From positions 227,081 to 291,080 of the forward strand of contig CAWEQX010000002.1 in assembly GCA_963811385.1 (NCBI GenBank): a stretch of 64,000 nucleotides of DNA, written 5' to 3'. Origin of the DNA: an uncultured Actinomycetota bacterium. Lineage in GTDB: Bacteria > Actinomycetota > Actinomycetes > Propionibacteriales > Nocardioidaceae. The notes beneath the pieces were generated by a model that ran no database searches, was not told the origin of the DNA, and saw only the letters and a list, made by a program, of their open reading frames with translations. Positions 51,158 to 60,612 of the stretch are shown in pieces. The translations under genes and the position numbers were made by a program. Numbering within the stretch: position 1 is the first letter of the stretch; each line of letters starts with the position of its first letter.

Positions 51158-52078
51158 TCAGATGCCCGACCAGGGGTCCTCGCGCTCCCACAGCCGCGGC
51201 AGGTGGAGCGCGACACCGTCCTCCCGGGCGAGGCCGCCGAGGACCCGGACGGTCACGTCGAGGTCGTCGCCGGCGTACGGCAGGGCCCGCAGCGGCCGGT
51301 CCAGCGGCCGGAAGAAGTCGTCCCAGTGGGTGAGCACGACCCGGCGGGCGCCGACGGTGCGCACGGTCTGGGTCCAGTACTCGACCAGGTAGGACTCCTC
51401 GAGCACGCCGAGCTGGCCGATCCCGAGGTAGGCCACCTCGGCGCGGTGGTCCGCGAGCGAGCCGGGGACGAAGCCCGCGCTGCCCTGCACCAGCGCGCGC
51501 CTGCCGGAGACGTGCTCGACCAGGATCGACCAGGGCTCGCCGCAGCGGTAGGCGGACGTGCGGACCGGGGGCCGCACCGGCTCCTCGATGGTCCCCGGGA
51601 AGCGGTCGGGCGGGCAGTGGTCGGAGACCACGAAGGTCAGCGTCCACGCGCCGTACGTCGTCGGCTCGCCGGGGGTGACCACGTGCAGCCGGTCCTCGGG
51701 CAGGCCTCCGCCACGCCCGACCTGGGCCGCGGAGGCGCTGCCGACCAGCGCGGCGCCGGTGCGCCGGGCGACGACCGCGGAGTCCATGGCGTGGTCGAAG
51801 TGACCGTGCACCGGCACCACCGCCTGCAGGCGGGAGGCCCCGAGCCGGGCCAGCGCGGCCTCGATCCGCGCCTCGTCGGGTGCGATCCTGCCGAGCCCGA
51901 CCCGGAGCAGCGAGGGGCGGGAGAAGAAGCCGTCGGTCAGCACCGCCGACTCCCCGTCGTCCAGCAGCAGCGTCGCGACGCCCGCCCAGCGGGCCGCGAC
52001 ACCGCCCGGTCCGGCGAGCGGCACGTCGACGAGGGCGGCGTGGGCCGCGAGGTCGGGTCGTCCGGGCTTGAGGCGCAT
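51158..52078 (-). CDS. MBL-fold metallo-hydrolase
   Basis: 306 aa with an HxHxDH-type motif (VHGHFDHAMD). Lies immediately upstream of and co-oriented with the desaturase. Confidence 0.85.
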   Translation of the reverse strand: MRLKPGRPDLAAHAALVDVPLAGPGGVAARWAGVATLLLDDGESAVLTDGFFSRPSLLRVGLGRIAPDEARIEAALARLGASRLQAVVPVHGHFDHAMDSAVVARRTGAALVGSASAAQVGRGGGLPEDRLHVVTPGEPTTYGAWTLTFVVSDHCPPDRFPGTIEEPVRPPVRTSAYRCGEPWSILVEHVSGRRALVQGSAGFVPGSLADHRAEVAYLGIGQLGVLEESYLVEYWTQTVRTVGARRVVLTHWDDFFRPLDRPLRALPYAGDDLDVTVRVLGGLAREDGVALHLPRLWEREDPWSGI

Positions 52079-52298
52079 GGCTCTCCTCGCTCTCCTCGGG
52101 TCGCGGTCCAGCGGGCCGACGGGCGGCGTCGGGCAAGCGCCGGTGCACGCCTCGCGGACGCCCGCGCTCCAACCTACGGGCCGTCCGGAACCGGACCGTC
52201 GGACCGCGTCCTTGGGCCCACTGGCACTGCGCCCACACCCTCAGGCGCGCCTACGGTGCTCCTGGGAGGACGGGGATCCACGAGAGGACCACGCACCG

Positions 52299-52754
52299 AT
52301 GTCACCAGGCCCGAGCCGCACCCGGCCGAGCGACTCCCTCCTCGGCGTGCGGTGCACCCGCTGCCAGCGCCACCTGGTCGGCGACGTCGAGGTGCGCCGC
52401 ACGGTCTCCGGACGCTGGCGCCACGAGTCGTGCGCGGCGGCACCCGAGCCCACCTCCGACGACTTCTCCGCGCTGGCCGACCTGCTCATGCACCAGCACC
52501 CCTGGCCCCGGGTGGCGCCGCTCCTGGCCCAGCTCGACGAGGTGCTCGCGCGGCTCGAGACGCTTCGTGGCGGCGGTTCCGCCTCCCCGGTCCCCCGGCA
52601 GGCCGGTCCGCCGTCCGCCGAGGAGGTGCCGGCCGCGCAGCTCGAGCGCGAGCGCGCCCTGACCAGCCGCGCCGCCGAGCTGCACGAGGCGATCGCCTCC
52701 GAGCGGGCGTGGAAGGCCCGCCGGCTCGCCACCGAGTGGGCCGACGGGCACTAG
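52299..52754 (+). CDS. hypothetical protein
   Basis: 151 aa from ATG 52299 with strong GC3 bias. A CxxC...C segment (CTRCQRH...HESC) is followed by a helical tail. The start is uncertain. Confidence 0.5.
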   Translation: MSPGPSRTRPSDSLLGVRCTRCQRHLVGDVEVRRTVSGRWRHESCAAAPEPTSDDFSALADLLMHQHPWPRVAPLLAQLDEVLARLETLRGGGSASPVPRQAGPPSAEEVPAAQLERERALTSRAAELHEAIASERAWKARRLATEWADGH

Positions 52755-52785
52755 CCCCCTGTCCAGGCGGTCTACGCTCGCCAGG

Positions 52786-54177
52786 GTGAGCCGGGACACC
52801 CACGCCGCAGACCCCGCCGCCGCCCTGGAGGGCCTGGTCGACGAGCTCGGTGCGGACGTGGTCGTGGTCGACCCCGACCGCATGGCGGCCTACCGCTGGG
52901 ACCGGGCCCACGACCCCGACGCGGGCGTGCCGCTCGCGGTGGTCCGCGCCGGCTCGACCGAGGACGTGCAGGCCGCGGTCCGCTTCGCCGCCGCCCACGG
53001 ACTGGCCGTCGTGCCCCGGGGCGCCGGCAGCGGCCTGTCCGGCGGCTCGACCGCGGTCGAGGGCTGCCTGGTCGTCTCCACCGAGCGGATGACCCGCGTC
53101 GACGTGGACCCCGTCACCCGCACCGTCGTCGCCGAGCCCGGGGCGATGAACGCCCGGGTCAAGGCGGCCGCCGCGGAGCACGGGCTGTGGTACCCGCCCG
53201 ACCCGTCGTCCTACGAGATCTGCTCGATCGGCGGCAACGTCGCCACCAACGCCGGCGGGCTCTGCTGCGTGAAGTACGGCGTCACCACCGACTACGTGCT
53301 CGGCATGACCGTGGTGCTCGCCGACGGGACCGCCGTCGAGCTGGGCGGCCCACGCCTGAAGGACAAGGCCGGACTCTCGCTGACCAAGCTCTTCGTCGGC
53401 AGCGAAGGGACGCTGGGGATCATCACCCGCGTCGTGCTGCGCCTCCTGCCCGCGCAGCGTCCGCCGGCCACGCTGGTCGCCACGTTCGCCACCCTCGACG
53501 ACGCCACGGACACCGTCCTCGGCATCACCCGGGTGATGCGGCCCTCGATGCTCGAGCTCATGGACAAGCCGACGATCAACGCCGTCGAGGACCTGACCCG
53601 GATGGGGCTCGACCGCGACGCGGCCGCGATGCTGGTGATCCAGTCCGACGAGCCCGCCGAGCACGCTGGTCGCGAGATCGAGCAGATCTCGGCGATCTGC
53701 GCGGAGCACGACGCCACCGAGGTCTTCCACACCACCGACCCCGAGGAGGGGGAGGCGTTCGTCGTCGCTCGCCGGCAGGCCATCCCGGCCGTCGAGCGCA
53801 CCGGCGCGCTCCTGCTCGAGGACGTCGGCGTGCCACTGCCCCGCCTGGGCGCGCTGGTCGACGGCATCGCCGGCATCTCCGCTGCGCGCGACGTCACGAT
53901 CGCGGTCGTCGCCCACGCGGGCGACGGCAACACCCACCCGCTCATCGTCTTCGACCCCGCCGACGCCGAGCAGGCCGAGCGCGCGCACCTGGCCTACGGC
54001 GAGGTGATGTCGCTGGCCATCTCGCTCGGCGGCACGATCACCGGCGAGCACGGCGTGGGACGGCTGAAGAAGGCCTGGCTCGGGGAGCAGATCGGGCCGG
54101 ACGCCCTCGAGCTCAACCGGCGGGTCAAGCAGGCCCTCGACCCTCAGGGCATCCTCAACCCCGGCGCCCTCCTCTGA
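52786..54177 (+). CDS. FAD-binding oxidase (GlcD / D-lactate dehydrogenase family)
   Basis: 463 aa. An FAD_binding_4 domain (VVPRGAGSGLSGG, SIGGNVATNAGG) and a C-terminal FAD-oxidase domain (GEHGVGRLK). A TACGCT hexamer lies 7 nt upstream of the GTG. Confidence 0.9.
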   Translation: MSRDTHAADPAAALEGLVDELGADVVVVDPDRMAAYRWDRAHDPDAGVPLAVVRAGSTEDVQAAVRFAAAHGLAVVPRGAGSGLSGGSTAVEGCLVVSTERMTRVDVDPVTRTVVAEPGAMNARVKAAAAEHGLWYPPDPSSYEICSIGGNVATNAGGLCCVKYGVTTDYVLGMTVVLADGTAVELGGPRLKDKAGLSLTKLFVGSEGTLGIITRVVLRLLPAQRPPATLVATFATLDDATDTVLGITRVMRPSMLELMDKPTINAVEDLTRMGLDRDAAAMLVIQSDEPAEHAGREIEQISAICAEHDATEVFHTTDPEEGEAFVVARRQAIPAVERTGALLLEDVGVPLPRLGALVDGIAGISAARDVTIAVVAHAGDGNTHPLIVFDPADAEQAERAHLAYGEVMSLAISLGGTITGEHGVGRLKKAWLGEQIGPDALELNRRVKQALDPQGILNPGALL

Positions 54178-54262
54178 CCCGCAGGAGCTGCTGACGGGCC
54201 ACCACCGGATCGGCCGCCTGCAGGTCCACCACGGCTGAGCCCGCCGCGCCGGCCACCACAGC

Positions 54263-54940
54263 TCAGGCGTCGCCGGGTGCGAGCCTCAGCACCGTGCGGC
54301 CCGTGCCGGAGACGACGACGTCGACGGACGCGATGTCCGCCGGGTCGGCGGCGGTGGCCGCCTCGAGCCGCGTCACCCTGCCGGGCACCCCGCGCCACGT
54401 CGCGACCTGTTGGGTCTCGCCGTCGCGAGTCCGGACGACCAGGGCGTACGACGGCGCATCCCCCCAGCCCGCATCGCGGTAGGTGCAGGCCAGGCGCATC
54501 CGCGTGCCCCAGGCGACGCCCTCGAGCGAGACGGTGGCGCTCAGCCGCTCCTGGTCGACCTGTGACATGGCCTGCGCGTCCGGGGGGGCCGGCGAGGGTG
54601 ACGACCCGGCGAGCAGCACCCCGACCACGACGGCCACGGCCGCGGCCGCCGCCGTGACCGCGCCGGCCACCGCGACCGCTCGCATGCGGCGCCGGCGGCG
54701 GCGTACCTCCACGAGCAGCCGGGGCAGCAGGGTCTCGGGCAGGGGCGGGGAGGTGTCCGGGCCGGCGAAGGCGGTCTCGTCGACGTGCGCCAGGAGGGCG
54801 GGCAGGCCGGCGAGGTCGGCCACCGCGCGGGTGCAGGCGGTGCACCGCGACACGTGCTCCTCGAACGCCCGACGCTCCTCCTGGCTCAGGGCTCCGAGGA
54901 CGTACGCCGCGTCGTGGTGCGCGAACGGGTCGCTGCTCAT
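54263..54940 (-). CDS. transmembrane zinc-binding (ZAS, HxxxCxxC) anti-sigma factor
   Basis: 225 aa with the motif EEHVSRCTACTRAV, a central TM helix and an extracytoplasmic domain. ATGA overlap with the sigma gene stop. Confidence 0.82.
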   Translation of the reverse strand: MSSDPFAHHDAAYVLGALSQEERRAFEEHVSRCTACTRAVADLAGLPALLAHVDETAFAGPDTSPPLPETLLPRLLVEVRRRRRRMRAVAVAGAVTAAAAAVAVVVGVLLAGSSPSPAPPDAQAMSQVDQERLSATVSLEGVAWGTRMRLACTYRDAGWGDAPSYALVVRTRDGETQQVATWRGVPGRVTRLEAATAADPADIASVDVVVSGTGRTVLRLAPGDA

Positions 54941-55422
54941 CGGGTCACCCCGATCTCCTCGAGCGCCAGGCGCAGCGCGCGCAGGGCGTAGTGGGTACGC
55001 GACTTCACGGTGCCCTCGGCGATGCCGAGGGCACGGGCCGCCTCGGCGACCGACCGGCCGTCGAAGTAGCACTGCCGCAGCACCTGACGGTGGTCGGGCG
55101 ACAACCGCGTCATCGCCTCGGCCACGACCCACGACTGCAGCAGCTGGTCGACGTGGTCCTGCTGCTCGGTCTCGGGGACGTCCGCGGTGATCGTCTCGGG
55201 GTGGCTGCGCCGGGACCGCCACTGGTCGATGACGACGTTGCGTGCCACCGTGAACAGCCACGCGCGGGTCTGCGCCGACGTCCTGGACAGGACCTCCGGG
55301 TGCTGCCAGGCCCGCAGCAGGGTGTCCTGGCAGACGTCCTGTGCGCGGGCGGCGTCGCCGGTGGTCAGGTGCAGGCAGTAGCGCCACAGGTCCGCCGCGT
55401 GCTCGTCGTGCAGCGCCTGCAT
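54937..55422 (-). CDS. ECF (group IV) RNA polymerase sigma factor
   Basis: 161 aa from ATG 55422, which lies 6 nt after AGGAG. Region 2 (DVCQDTLLRAW, FTVARNVVIDQWR) and region 4 (SVAEAARALGIAEGTVKSRTHYALRAL) are present. An alternative TTG start at 55491 overlaps the upstream stop. Confidence 0.88.
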   Translation of the reverse strand: MQALHDEHAADLWRYCLHLTTGDAARAQDVCQDTLLRAWQHPEVLSRTSAQTRAWLFTVARNVVIDQWRSRRSHPETITADVPETEQQDHVDQLLQSWVVAEAMTRLSPDHRQVLRQCYFDGRSVAEAARALGIAEGTVKSRTHYALRALRLALEEIGVTR

Positions 55423-55487
55423 CAGCCGCTCCTGCTGCCTGGGCAACGCACCCCCCGTCCTCGCGGTTCCGACGCCATTGTCCGCGC

Positions 55488-55877
55488 TCAACCGTGCGCC
55501 CGGCGGGGGCCGGCGGCGGTGAGGCGCGTGAGGTGGCCTTCGTGCAGCAGCCCGTAGGCGCCGCAGACGACTGCGACGACCTCGCTGGCGGCCGCGACCC
55601 AGGCGTACCAGCTCCAGTCGGTGGAGATGCCGAACAGGCTGCCGTTCACCGCGACCAGGAAGGCGACCAGCGTCGTGGCGCCGAACCCCGCGAGCAGGAA
55701 CAGCGGCGCCCAGTGCCGCCACTGCACGAGCATCAGGGCGATCGCCAGTCCCGCGACCACGTTGACCACGAAGAGGGCGCCCACCGTCCCCTGGTCCTTG
55801 ACACCGTCGACCCAGAGGTAGAGGTGGACGAGGGCCGACACGACGGCCGCGGCGGCACCGATGGTTCGAATGCTCAT
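55488..55877 (-). CDS. small integral membrane protein (4 TM), unknown family
   Basis: 129 aa with four hydrophobic helices and high GC3. Lies between the fusion gene and the ECF sigma gene. Confidence 0.65.
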   Translation of the reverse strand: MSIRTIGAAAAVVSALVHLYLWVDGVKDQGTVGALFVVNVVAGLAIALMLVQWRHWAPLFLLAGFGATTLVAFLVAVNGSLFGISTDWSWYAWVAAASEVVAVVCGAYGLLHEGHLTRLTAAGPRRAHG

Positions 55878-55928
55878 GCTGGACTCCGATCCGTCTCACC
55901 CTGGACACGGGCGCGGCGCCCGAACGGT

Positions 55929-58067
55929 TCACCCGCCCGGGGCCGGTCCAGCCCCGAAGGCGGTCAGGAACCGGTCACGGAGGGCGTCCATCCGCCAGAC
56001 CGGGGCCTGCGGTCCGGGGCGCAGGCCGGGCTGCCAGTCCCACCCCGCGACGCGCCGTACGACAGCCGGGTCCTTCGCGACCAGGGTCACCGGGACGTCG
56101 TACCCGGGGTCGGGGCCGCTGACGTAGTGGTGCGGCTGGTGGTCCCCCAGCATCACCACGACGAGGTCCCGGTCGCTCCTGGCCAGGAACGAGACCATGG
56201 TCCGCAGGGTGTACTCGACGGACTGGCCGTATGCCGCCCGCACCCGGCCGGTGTCCCCCAGCACCTCCGCCGCGGTGTCGCCCTGGTCCGGCATCGGGTC
56301 GAAGACCGACCCGTCGCCCACCTGGTCCCAGGGCACCAGGCGCGGCAGCGGCGCCCACGGGTGGTGGCTGGAGACCAGGTCGATCTCCGCCATCACCGGT
56401 CGCGACCCCTGCTCGTGCCGCGCGAACCACGCCAGCGTGTACTGGTCCGGCACGGGGCCGTAGCCGAACGCCGGGCCGCGGTAGCCGACGTCGCGCGAGT
56501 CGTGCAGCGCGTCGACGCCGTAGAACCGCGTCCCCTCCGGCCAGTCGGTCGTGTTCGCCGGCACGTCGAGCACGGTGCGCCAGCCCGCCCGGTGGAAGGC
56601 GCCGGACAGGGTGAGGCGCCGGGTCGCGAGCAGCTGGTCGTAGCGCCGCTGGCCCTGCACCCACAGCCCCGACTGCACGCTCGCGTGGGCCAGCCAGCTC
56701 CCGGCCCCGAAGGTCGGCGAGGTCAGGAACGCGCTGCGCGAGTGGTAGCCGGCCCGTCGCAGCCGCCGGGTCCCGGCGTCGAGGACCGCGCGGATGCCGG
56801 GAGCGTAGGAGCTGTCCTGCACCGCGGAGCGGCCGTAGCTCTCGACGAACACCAGCAGCACGTCCTTGCCCCGCAGCCCGCGCAGCAGCCGGTCCCCGGG
56901 CACCGACGCGAAGGGATCGGTCGCGATCTCCTCGGCGAAGACGCCGCGGTCGTGGACGTCCGCCGCGGCCGCGCGCACCTCCTCGACCGCCAGCCGCGCG
57001 GAGGACGCCGAGACCCCACCCGCCCCGAGCGGGGCGGCGACCACCGCGAGGGCGCCGAGCCCGAGCGCGGCGCGCAGGGCGGGCCGCGGGTGACGACGCG
57101 CGAGCGCGCAGGTCCGCAGGGTCGCCAGGGGCACCAGGACCATGAGCGCCACGGCTGCGGACGCCAGCGCGACCGCGACGGTCCAGGCCAGGTGGTCGCC
57201 CACCGAGTCCGACAGCACCCCGACCGCCGAGGCGAGGTAGGGCCAGTCGCCGACCGGGCGGAAGTCGCGGTCCAGGACCGTCCGGAACCCGACGTCGAGC
57301 ACCTTGAGGACGAGCAGGATCCCGGCCAGGGCACCGCTCGCCGCCGCCAGCACCCGCGCGGTCCGGCCGGGCACCAGCAGGACGGCCGCGACCAGGACCA
57401 GCCCCTCGGCCGGCACCAGGAGGAGCGCCCCGGCCGACACGGTCCCACCGGCCGGCAGGACGAGGGCCGTCCACACCAGCAGCAGTGCCAGTCCCGTGAC
57501 CACGGTGGGTCTCGCCGCGGCGCCGGTGAGACGCTCGGCGACCTCCGTGCCGAAGGACGCGACGAGCAGGCCCAGCGCGGTCGCCACGACGACCGTGCTC
57601 AGCAGGTGGGGAAGGGCTCCCGTCGCCGCCACGAGCAGTGCCACCCCCTGCACGGCCGCGACCACCTTGCGCCAGTACGCCGCCCGCAGCGGTCCCCGCA
57701 ACGCGGGCCAGACCACCTGTCCGACGAGCACGACGTACCTCGCCGCCCCGATCGCCAGCACCCACCAGCCCAGCGACGTCGCGACATAGATGCTCAGCGC
57801 GAGGACGAGCAGGGCATCGGTCTCCGCGTCGAACCGGGCGCCGCGCCCCGACGCGGTGCCGGTGCGCCGGGCGACGTACCCGTCGAGGGCGTCGAGGGGC
57901 AGCGCGACGGCCGTCACCACGCACAGCGCCGTGCGGACGTCCACGCCGACCGACGACAGCAGGACCAGACCGGAGACGACGAGCGTCAGCACCAGCCGGA
58001 CGGCCGTGACGCGGTCCGCCGGCCCCAGCCGGGGCGTGAGGGCGGCGCTCGGGTGAACCGTGACCAC
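55929..58067 (-). CDS. fusion protein: CDP-alcohol phosphatidyltransferase domain + multi-TM region + sulfatase/LtaS-like (alkaline-phosphatase superfamily) ectodomain
   Basis: 712 aa. The GTG start lies 5 nt after GGAGG. The CDP-OH-P-transferase signature is DALDGYVARRTGTASGRGARFDAETDAL. About 9-10 TM helices follow. The C-terminal domain has sulfatase-like segments (VLLVFVESYG, ...GDHQPHH). Confidence 0.85.
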   Translation of the reverse strand: MVTVHPSAALTPRLGPADRVTAVRLVLTLVVSGLVLLSSVGVDVRTALCVVTAVALPLDALDGYVARRTGTASGRGARFDAETDALLVLALSIYVATSLGWWVLAIGAARYVVLVGQVVWPALRGPLRAAYWRKVVAAVQGVALLVAATGALPHLLSTVVVATALGLLVASFGTEVAERLTGAAARPTVVTGLALLLVWTALVLPAGGTVSAGALLLVPAEGLVLVAAVLLVPGRTARVLAAASGALAGILLVLKVLDVGFRTVLDRDFRPVGDWPYLASAVGVLSDSVGDHLAWTVAVALASAAVALMVLVPLATLRTCALARRHPRPALRAALGLGALAVVAAPLGAGGVSASSARLAVEEVRAAAADVHDRGVFAEEIATDPFASVPGDRLLRGLRGKDVLLVFVESYGRSAVQDSSYAPGIRAVLDAGTRRLRRAGYHSRSAFLTSPTFGAGSWLAHASVQSGLWVQGQRRYDQLLATRRLTLSGAFHRAGWRTVLDVPANTTDWPEGTRFYGVDALHDSRDVGYRGPAFGYGPVPDQYTLAWFARHEQGSRPVMAEIDLVSSHHPWAPLPRLVPWDQVGDGSVFDPMPDQGDTAAEVLGDTGRVRAAYGQSVEYTLRTMVSFLARSDRDLVVVMLGDHQPHHYVSGPDPGYDVPVTLVAKDPAVVRRVAGWDWQPGLRPGPQAPVWRMDALRDRFLTAFGAGPAPGG

Positions 58068-58155
58068 GGCACCTCCGTGTGGTGGATGAGGACTCTACGA
58101 GTACGACGGACGGCGGACGCCGGTGGTTCAGCGGCAGCCGGGGCGGGAGCAGACG

Positions 58156-59162
58156 GTGACGGCAACCGCGCGGGCGCTCTGGGTCACCGGCCCCGGCGTG
58201 GCCGAGCTCCGGTCGGAGCGGCTGCCGGAGCCCGGGCCCGGCGAGGTGCTGGTGCGCACGCGGTTCTCGGCGGTCAGCCGCGGGACCGAGCGACTGGTGC
58301 TGCGCGGCGGCGTGCCGGAGGACCAGCGCGAGCGCATGCGGGCGCCGCACCAGGTGGGCGACCTTCCCGTGGCCGGTGAAGTACGGCTACCTCAGCGTCG
58401 GGGTGGTCGAGCGGGGCCCGTCCCACCTCGAGGGCCGCGAGGTCTTCTGCCTGCACCCGCACCAGACGGCGTACGTCGTGCCGGCGCGCGACGTCACCCC
58501 GGTGCCCGACGGCGTCCCGCCCCGGCGCGCGGTCCTGGCGGGCGCGGTGGAGACCGCGGTCAACGCGCTGTGGGACGTGCCGCCCCTGCTCGGCGACCGG
58601 GTCTGCGTGGTCGGCGCGGGCATGGTCGGCTGCGCCGCCGCCCGGCTCCTCGCGGGCGTGCCGGGCGTCGAGGTGACCCTCGTCGACGTCGAGGCCTCGC
58701 GTGCGTCGACGGCGGAGGCGTTGGAGGTCCGGTTCGCGCTCGCCGGCCGAAGCGCCGCGGGAGCAGGACCTGGTGCTGCACGCCAGCGCGACGCCTGCGG
58801 GGCTCGCGACGGCCCTCGGGCTGGTCGCCACGGACGGGGTGGTGGCCGAGCTCAGCTGGCACGGCGACCGCGTCGTCCCGCTGCCGCTCGGCGGGGACTT
58901 CCACTCCCGGCGGCTGACCCTGCGCTCGAGCCAGGTCGGCACCGTGGCGCGGGGGGCCCGGCCGCGCTGGGACCACGCGGGGCGGCTGGCCCTCGCGCTC
59001 GAGCTGCTCCGCGACCCGGCCTACGACGCGCTGCTCACCGGGACCACGCGGTTCGGGGACCTCCCGCACCTCATGCAGCGGATCGCGAAGGGCGCTCCCG
59101 GGATCTGCGACACGATCGGCTACGACCAGGAGGACGGCGATGTTCAGCCTGACCGTGCGTGA
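58156..59162 (+). pseudogene. MDR-superfamily dehydrogenase (BchC-like, SxGTERL type), two +1 frameshifts as assembled
   Basis: The protein is readable only by joining three frames. Frame 1 runs to about 58362 (..MRAPHQVGD). The next frame runs to about 58740 ([19 protein letters not shown]...[11 protein letters not shown]...EVRFAL). The third frame runs to the stop at 59162 ([21 protein letters not shown]...). The start is GTG 58156 after GGGAG, or alternatively 58123. Confidence 0.75.
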
Positions 59163-59539
59163 CCGGATGATGGTCGCCCACAGCCTGCGCGACCCGTTCT
59201 TCGGACCGGCGCAGCAGCTGCACGGCGCGACGTACGTCGTCGAGGTGACGGTGCGGTCGGACCGCGCTGGACGCCCACGGCGTCGTGGCCGACATCGGCG
59301 TGGTGGCCCGGGAGGTGCGGGCGGTCCTCGCCGGGCTCGACTACCGCAACCTCGACGACGAGCCGACCCTCGCCGGCGTGGTGACCACGACCGAGGTGCT
59401 CGCGCGGGAGGTGGCCGACCGGTTCGCGGGCAGGCTCGCGCGGACGGCGGGCACCGACCACGTGGCCGAGGTGGAGGTCGTGCTGCGCGAGTCCGACGTC
59501 GCCTGGGCGTCCTACCGCCGACCGGCGCGGGACGCGTGA
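59140..59539 (+). pseudogene. 6-pyruvoyl-tetrahydropterin-synthase (PTPS/QueD)-fold protein, one +1 frameshift as assembled
   Basis: ATG at 59140 lies 7 nt after AGGAGG ([41 protein letters not shown]). The frame switches at about 59262-59264 and continues ALDAHGVVADIGVVAREVRAVLAGLDYRNLDDEP... to TGA 59539. Confidence 0.75.
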
Positions 59540-60612
59540 TGGACCTGCACCTGGTCGCGCCCGACTCGGTCGACGACCCCGTCTGCCCAGCGGTGGCAAC
59601 GTGTACGACCGCGAGCTCTGCCGTGCGCTCGAGGCCGACGGGGTCACCGTGGTCGAGCACCTGGTGCCCGGTCGCCTGGCCCGACGGGGACCGCGCCGCC
59701 CTCGCGCGGGCGCTCGCGACCGTGCCCGACGGCGCCGCCGTGGTGCTCGACGGCCTCGTCGGCAGCGCCGTGCCGGACGCCCTCGAGGACGTGCGCCGGC
59801 GCCTGACGGTCCTGGTGCTGGTCCACCTGCCCCTGGGGCTGGCCGACCTGCGCTCGGCCCGGATCCGCGCGCACGAGCAGCGGGCCGTCGACGCGGCCGC
59901 CGGCGTGGTGACCACCAGCCGGTGGACCCGCGACTGGCTGCTGCGCACCTACGGGTCGGACCCCGCACACGTCACGGTCGCGTCGCCGGGCGCGCACCTC
60001 GGTCCGCTCGCCCGCCGCGGTCCGGGCGGTGAGCTGATGTGTGTCGGCGCGCTCCTCCCCGCCAAGGGCCAGGACGTGCTGGTCGAGGCGCTGGCGACCG
60101 TGCGGGACCTGCGATGGACCTGTCGCCTGGTGGGGCCGCTGGACCGCGACGCCGCGTTCGTGCGCCGGGTCCGCGGCAGCCTTCGCGAGCACGGGCTCGA
60201 GGACCGCGTCCTCCTCTGCGGTCCCGTGGCGCCCGCCGCCATGACGTCGCTCTACGCGCGGAGCGACCTGGTCGTGCAACCGACGCGCCTGGAGACCTAC
60301 GGCATGGCGCTGACCGAGGCCCTGGCCCACGGAGTCCCCGTGGTCGCCTCGGACACCGGAGGCGTCGCGGAGGCGGTCGGCCGCACCCCCGCCGTGCCCG
60401 GGGTGCTCGTGCCGCCCGGCGACCCGGGGGCGCTCGCGCGGACACTGCGCCGCTGGCTGACCGACCCACGGCACCGGGACGACCTCCGCGCGGCAGCCCG
60501 CGCTCGGCGGGTCGGGCTCGCCGACTGGTCGTCCACCGCCCGGGCCGTCCTGCGGGCCGTGGACCAGGCCGGGGTGAACCGAAGCCCCGCCCCGACCGTC
60601 CTCCAGTCATGA
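59539..60612 (+). pseudogene. GT4-family glycosyltransferase, compensating -1/+1 frameshift pair as assembled
   Basis: The ATG overlaps the PTPS stop (TGATG). Between about 59585 and 59676 the sensible reading (PSGGNVYDRELCRALEADGVTVVEHLVPGR) is in another frame, and the nominal frame there gives VCPAVATCTTASSAVRSRPTGSPWSSTWCPVA. The C-terminal GT4 core is intact (ETYGMALTEALAHGVPVVASDTGG). Confidence 0.8.

Noticed and set aside
55423-55491. Longer ECF sigma start at TTG 55491, overlapping the upstream stop.
   Set aside because: ATG 55422 has a near-ideal AGGAG at 6-nt spacing. The longer form is kept as an alternative in the feature evidence.
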